From assembly GCA_964010765.1 (NCBI GenBank), contig CAXGMD010000062.1, forward strand, positions 1 through 20,926: a stretch of DNA of 20,926 nucleotides, read 5' to 3'. The DNA is from an uncultured bacterium (GTDB taxonomy: Bacteria; SAR324; NAC60-12). Position numbers and translations under genes: made by a program. Each line of letters opens with the position of its first letter. Positions within the stretch are counted from its first letter, which is position 1. Below the pieces are notes generated by a model. It saw nothing but the letters and a program-made list of their open reading frames with translations. It searched no databases and had not been told where the DNA came from. Shown here piece by piece: positions 17,631 to 20,926 of this stretch.

Positions 17631-18314
17631 TCATCCCTCCTTAGACCGACCTGCCATTAAATCCTGTAGTTGTTTACGAAATAGACTTGCTCCTCCATGG
17701 GCGGGATGGCGAAGTCCAATCGAAGATATGCCAATTTCTGCTAACTGTTGTTGAGCCTGTCTGCCAATCGCCAAGAGCCTGACATTAGGGAATTGCGCTA
17801 TTAGATAATTGAGGACTTCTCTCCCGACTCTTCGCTCCGCTGGATTAGGTGTGCGGTTAGAGAGAAAACCGCTCTGTTTCTTGTAAGGGTGCCATGGAAA
17901 CGAATTCCAAAGAATAGTTTTGTGAGTCAAATTAAAACGAACAAGTTCACTCCAAACGATTGTAGCAGTAGGTTCATTGAATCCTTTTCGATTCAATCTT
18001 TCTTTACTTGTTCGCTGGTGTTTCCCAGTAAATACATGGTTTGCGAATAATTGCTTATCAGCTAGCTCTCCAAGAAGTAATCGTTCTGATGTCATAGGAA
18101 TACCCGTGAAGTGACCACCCTGATAGCCTAGTGCTTCAGCTAGCATAATGTATTGAACCTGACCTAATCTCTCCGAAAAATAAGCACGAAGATTCTGCTG
18201 TCTAACTTTGTAAGAATCATTGTGCTGATCGTGCTCAAAATCTACTTCCCACCAAGGATTAAAAACTTCGACTTTTGGAGATTCTTTCAGGAGTTTCAGA
18301 AATTCATCAATCAT
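17631..18314 (-). CDS. Uracil-DNA glycosylase superfamily protein (SMUG2-like)
   Basis: Motif 1 AEALGYQGGHFTGIPMTSE, then EPTATIVW, WNSFPWHP, NRTP and C-terminal motif LRHPAHGG. Confidence 0.82.
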   Translation of the reverse strand: MIDEFLKLLKESPKVEVFNPWWEVDFEHDQHNDSYKVRQQNLRAYFSERLGQVQYIMLAEALGYQGGHFTGIPMTSERLLLGELADKQLFANHVFTGKHQRTSKERLNRKGFNEPTATIVWSELVRFNLTHKTILWNSFPWHPYKKQSGFLSNRTPNPAERRVGREVLNYLIAQFPNVRLLAIGRQAQQQLAEIGISSIGLRHPAHGGASLFRKQLQDLMAGRSKEG

Positions 18315-18489
18315 ATTATTTCATTTTGAGCTAAAGCTTAGTTTGAAGAAAATGTTTTCAAAGTTACTTATTGAAAAAGATTTAATTTGACGTTCAAAAA
18401 TATTACCTCTATCAATAGATACATGCATTTTGCATCATAGATTTAATTCATTTCTCTCTCACGTTTAACTTAATTTATTGGAGTTAAGA

Positions 18490-18879
18490 ATGCGAAAACG
18501 AATTAGTATGCCAGATCGAGATTTCATGAAAGCTGCCAAAAGTGCCGCTAAATCTGGCCAGAGTTTAAGAGCTACAGCTTTGGGAGCAGGGGTAAGCTTG
18601 CAAACCTACAAAAATCATCTGATGGATGTTGCGATGCGATTGCAGGAAGCCCCGCCAAATTTCCCCAAGGGCAGACGAACTCGGATGAAGGAGCACATCG
18701 CAGAAATCAGAAGCTCAGGTCAGGGAGGTCAGGGTAGAAGGTTGGCTCTTCCAAATGAAATTTTTGCGATCATGGGTTGGGATGTTGGGATGAAAGTGAA
18801 AATCAAAAAATCAGGGAAGAAAGTAACTTTAGAAACTTATGAGGGACCTGAATCAGGTTCCTTAGAGGATGAAGATTAA
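18490..18879 (+). CDS. Small basic DNA-binding protein with a C-terminal AbrB/MazE/SpoVT-like swapped-hairpin domain
   Basis: ATG 18490 is preceded by GGAG (18480-18483). The C-terminal RRLALPNEIFAIMGWDVGMKVKI fits the AbrB pattern, and the N-terminal SLRATALGAGVSLQTYKNHL is HTH-like. Confidence 0.6.
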   Translation: MRKRISMPDRDFMKAAKSAAKSGQSLRATALGAGVSLQTYKNHLMDVAMRLQEAPPNFPKGRRTRMKEHIAEIRSSGQGGQGRRLALPNEIFAIMGWDVGMKVKIKKSGKKVTLETYEGPESGSLEDED

Positions 18880-18924
18880 GTAGTCCTTTATGTAGGATTT
18901 GCTTTGATCCAAGTGCCAAAAATA

Positions 18925-20031
18925 TTATGTAATTGAATGATGGGGCCAACGCATGTAGAAACGTGCCCCATTTTGATATCTTGGATCTAAGCGAATGATA
19001 CCCTTATGAGCTTCAAGAATCCTCGCTACAGTTGCCAATCCAATTCCACTTCCCTGCTTGGAATCATCTAATCTTATGAAGGGTTTGAAGATTCTATCCC
19101 CTTCTGAGCTTGGAACTCCATTGCCATTATCTTCGATCCAGCACTCGCACCATTTCCCTGAAACCCTCGTTCCAATCTTGATTTCAACTTGATCGAGTTT
19201 ACCTCGATATTTGATCGAATTGCCGATTAGATTCTGCCAAACTTGGCTCATCTTTAGAACATCACATTGTACCTTGGGCCATTTTGATGGCAGCCTGAAT
19301 TTAACGATTCCCTGTTGTTGTTCTTGTTCAAACTGTTCAATTACAGTTTGAAGAATTTTTCCCAAAGAAACAGTTTGCATATCCCCAATTATTTTTCCAG
19401 CCATCGCATAATTCAACAAAGTATCAATAAAGGTGAGCATCTTTGTAAATGAACCTGGAATTCTGTCCAACAATTCATGCATACCGGGATCATTTCTAAT
19501 TTCCGGATAATCTTCCTGTAAACGATGCAAAAATAGATTGAAAAGACTGGCTGCACCAACAACAGGAGATTTTAGATCATGACTCACCATATGAGTGAAA
19601 TCCTGCAATTCCTGTTTTTGTTGTAGTAAGTTCTGTGAAAGTTTTTGAACTTGATCAAAAGCTTTTTTTGTTCGAATCGCCGAATTGATTCTGGCAAGTA
19701 GTGTGGTTTTTTCTACGGGTTTTAAAATATAGTCAACGGCCCCTGCATCAAAAGCTTCTCGGAGGGTTTGCCGATCATTCTTTGCGGTAACAATTAAGAT
19801 TGGTAAATGAGCAAAGCGAGCTTGCTCTTTTAAGAGTCGTGTTGTTTCTATTCCACTCAATTCCGGCATCATGTGATCAATCAGCATCACATCAGGCACC
19901 CACTCTTTCACAGTTTCTAGGGCTTCTTTGCCGCTACAGGCAGTTCGAATACTTGAGGGCTGCTTCCGCAAAATATCTTCAATGACTAAGCGATTATTTT
20001 CCTGATCATCAACGATCAGTATCTTGTCCAT
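18925..20031 (-). CDS. Hybrid response regulator / histidine kinase (REC-HisKA-HATPase), cytoplasmic with no sensor domain
   Basis: REC motifs KILIVDD, VMLIDHMMP, LIVTA and YILKP. H-box VSHDLKSP, N-box QNLIGNSIKY, G1 EDNGNG, F-box IFKPF and G2 GSGIGLA. Confidence 0.93.
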   Translation of the reverse strand: MDKILIVDDQENNRLVIEDILRKQPSSIRTACSGKEALETVKEWVPDVMLIDHMMPELSGIETTRLLKEQARFAHLPILIVTAKNDRQTLREAFDAGAVDYILKPVEKTTLLARINSAIRTKKAFDQVQKLSQNLLQQKQELQDFTHMVSHDLKSPVVGAASLFNLFLHRLQEDYPEIRNDPGMHELLDRIPGSFTKMLTFIDTLLNYAMAGKIIGDMQTVSLGKILQTVIEQFEQEQQQGIVKFRLPSKWPKVQCDVLKMSQVWQNLIGNSIKYRGKLDQVEIKIGTRVSGKWCECWIEDNGNGVPSSEGDRIFKPFIRLDDSKQGSGIGLATVARILEAHKGIIRLDPRYQNGARFYMRWPHHSIT

Positions 20032-20776
20032 CTTGATCTAGTAAAGTTTTGGAGGTGTTAAGTGGATTGGTACGCAAGGCCCAATTAGTCTGAGAAACAA
20101 TACCTTCAAGCAATGCCAAATCGTTTTGAGATAGCTCTGAACGGTAGAGAATGTTGCGCAACTTTGCCATTCTTTCTGTTCTGGTGTGATGAAGAAGAAA
20201 GCCAACCTGATGCAGTTGGTCCGCCCATCGTTCTAGGAATTGATTGATTCGATTTATTTCTGCTTCTGAACTCGTTGGTTTCTCAGAGGGATTTTGAGGG
20301 ATTTGTTCTTGGAGTCCGAACAGTTCGTAACAACAAATTGCGACGCTTTGGGCTAAATTTAATGTTTGATATGCCCCAGTCGGAATCCGAACCCATCTTT
20401 GCGCCCACTCCAGTTCCTCGTTGCTAAGACCACGGTCTTCAGCACCAAAAATTAGTGCATTGGGTTTGTTAGAATGAATCATCCATTTGAAAGGCAATTG
20501 TAGGCCCTCCAACTGCCGATTTCGATGACGCTGCTGAGCTGTAGTGGCAATGACTCTCGAGCAATCTTGGAGAGCAACTTCAAGGCTTTGAACAACCTTC
20601 GCATTTTGCAAAATCTCTTTGGCATGAGTTGCCATTTTGAGAGCATCTTCACTTTGAGGATCGCAACGAGGATTGACTAGAAACAACTCGTTGAAGCCGA
20701 AATTCATCATCACTCGAGCGATTGAACCAACGTTGAGTGCTCCTTGGGGTTCTACTAAAACGATTCTAGGAAGCAT
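20009..20776 (-). CDS. trmJ: SPOUT-class RNA methyltransferase, TrmJ/LasT family (tRNA position 32 2'-O-methyltransferase-like)
   Basis: Motifs RIVLVEPQGALNVGSIARVMMNFG, ALIFGAEDRGLSNEEL and IPT...TLNLAQSVAICCYE. Overlaps the downstream kinase gene by 23 nt. Confidence 0.88.
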   Translation of the reverse strand: MLPRIVLVEPQGALNVGSIARVMMNFGFNELFLVNPRCDPQSEDALKMATHAKEILQNAKVVQSLEVALQDCSRVIATTAQQRHRNRQLEGLQLPFKWMIHSNKPNALIFGAEDRGLSNEELEWAQRWVRIPTGAYQTLNLAQSVAICCYELFGLQEQIPQNPSEKPTSSEAEINRINQFLERWADQLHQVGFLLHHTRTERMAKLRNILYRSELSQNDLALLEGIVSQTNWALRTNPLNTSKTLLDQDGQDTDR

Positions 20777-20787
20777 TCACCTTCTTC

Positions 20788-20815
20788 TTGACACTGATCA
20801 AAAACGATATAGTTT
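20788..20815 (+). promoter_or_regulatory. Putative sigma70 promoter of the tRNA gene
   Basis: Perfect -35 TTGACA (20788-20793), a 16-nt spacer and -10-like TAGTTT (20810-20815), ending 12 nt before the tRNA. Confidence 0.5.
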
Positions 20816-20827
20816 GGGAATTCAAGT

Positions 20828-20904
20828 CGGGGTGTAGCGCAGCCTGGTAGCGCACACGTCTGGGGGGCGTGTGGTCGCTGGTTCAAATCCAGTCACCCCG
20901 ACCA
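20828..20904 (+). tRNA. tRNA-Pro (anticodon GGG)
   Basis: Acceptor stem CGGGGTG/CACCCCG plus encoded ACCA. D arm GCGC-AGCCTGGTA-GCGC, anticodon arm CACGT-CTGGGGG-GCGTG and T arm CTGG-TTCAAAT-CCAG. Length 77 nt. Confidence 0.97.
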
Positions 20905-20926
20905 GCCCGCCAAATATCTTCAAGTT

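Noticed and set aside
18478..18925. Toxin-antitoxin module around the AbrB/MazE-like gene
   Set aside because: No co-oriented toxin ORF is present, and both neighbours are on the opposite strand with unrelated functions.
20828..20926. tRNA-Pro as an integration site or genomic island boundary
   Set aside because: No integrase, transposase or duplicated tRNA 3' end was noticed in the window, and only 22 nt are visible downstream.

Overview
This is a gene-dense bacterial chromosomal window with roughly 40-45% GC by eye. The gene content is reminiscent of a marine deltaproteobacterium such as SAR324, which is an inference only. (1) Positions 1-7607 hold a leftward operon: a NitT/TauT-type ABC importer, an FAH-family hydrolase, an oxalate--CoA-ligase-like acyl-CoA synthetase and a ketopantoate-reductase-family enzyme that runs off the left edge and is missing from the ORF track. 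A GntR/FadR regulator is transcribed divergently. The set looks like an oxalate/small dicarboxylate assimilation locus. (2) Positions 7678-8289 encode a DsbA/FrnE-family oxidoreductase whose first active-site Cys codon is an in-frame TGA followed by a SECIS-like hairpin (U-P-W-C), so it is a probable selenoprotein truncated by the ORF track. (3) Positions 8618-17548 form a tightly coupled chemosensory operon, STAS - REC::adenylate cyclase - cheA - cheW - MCP - cheR - cheB. It has no stand-alone cheY; a receiver-class III cyclase occupies that slot, and the MCP carries symmetric 33-residue insertions with 11-residue periodicity. (4) Positions 17631-20904 contain a UDG-superfamily glycosylase, an AbrB/MazE-domain protein, a sensorless REC-histidine kinase, a TrmJ-like methyltransferase and tRNA-Pro(GGG). 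No mobile element or CRISPR array was seen.
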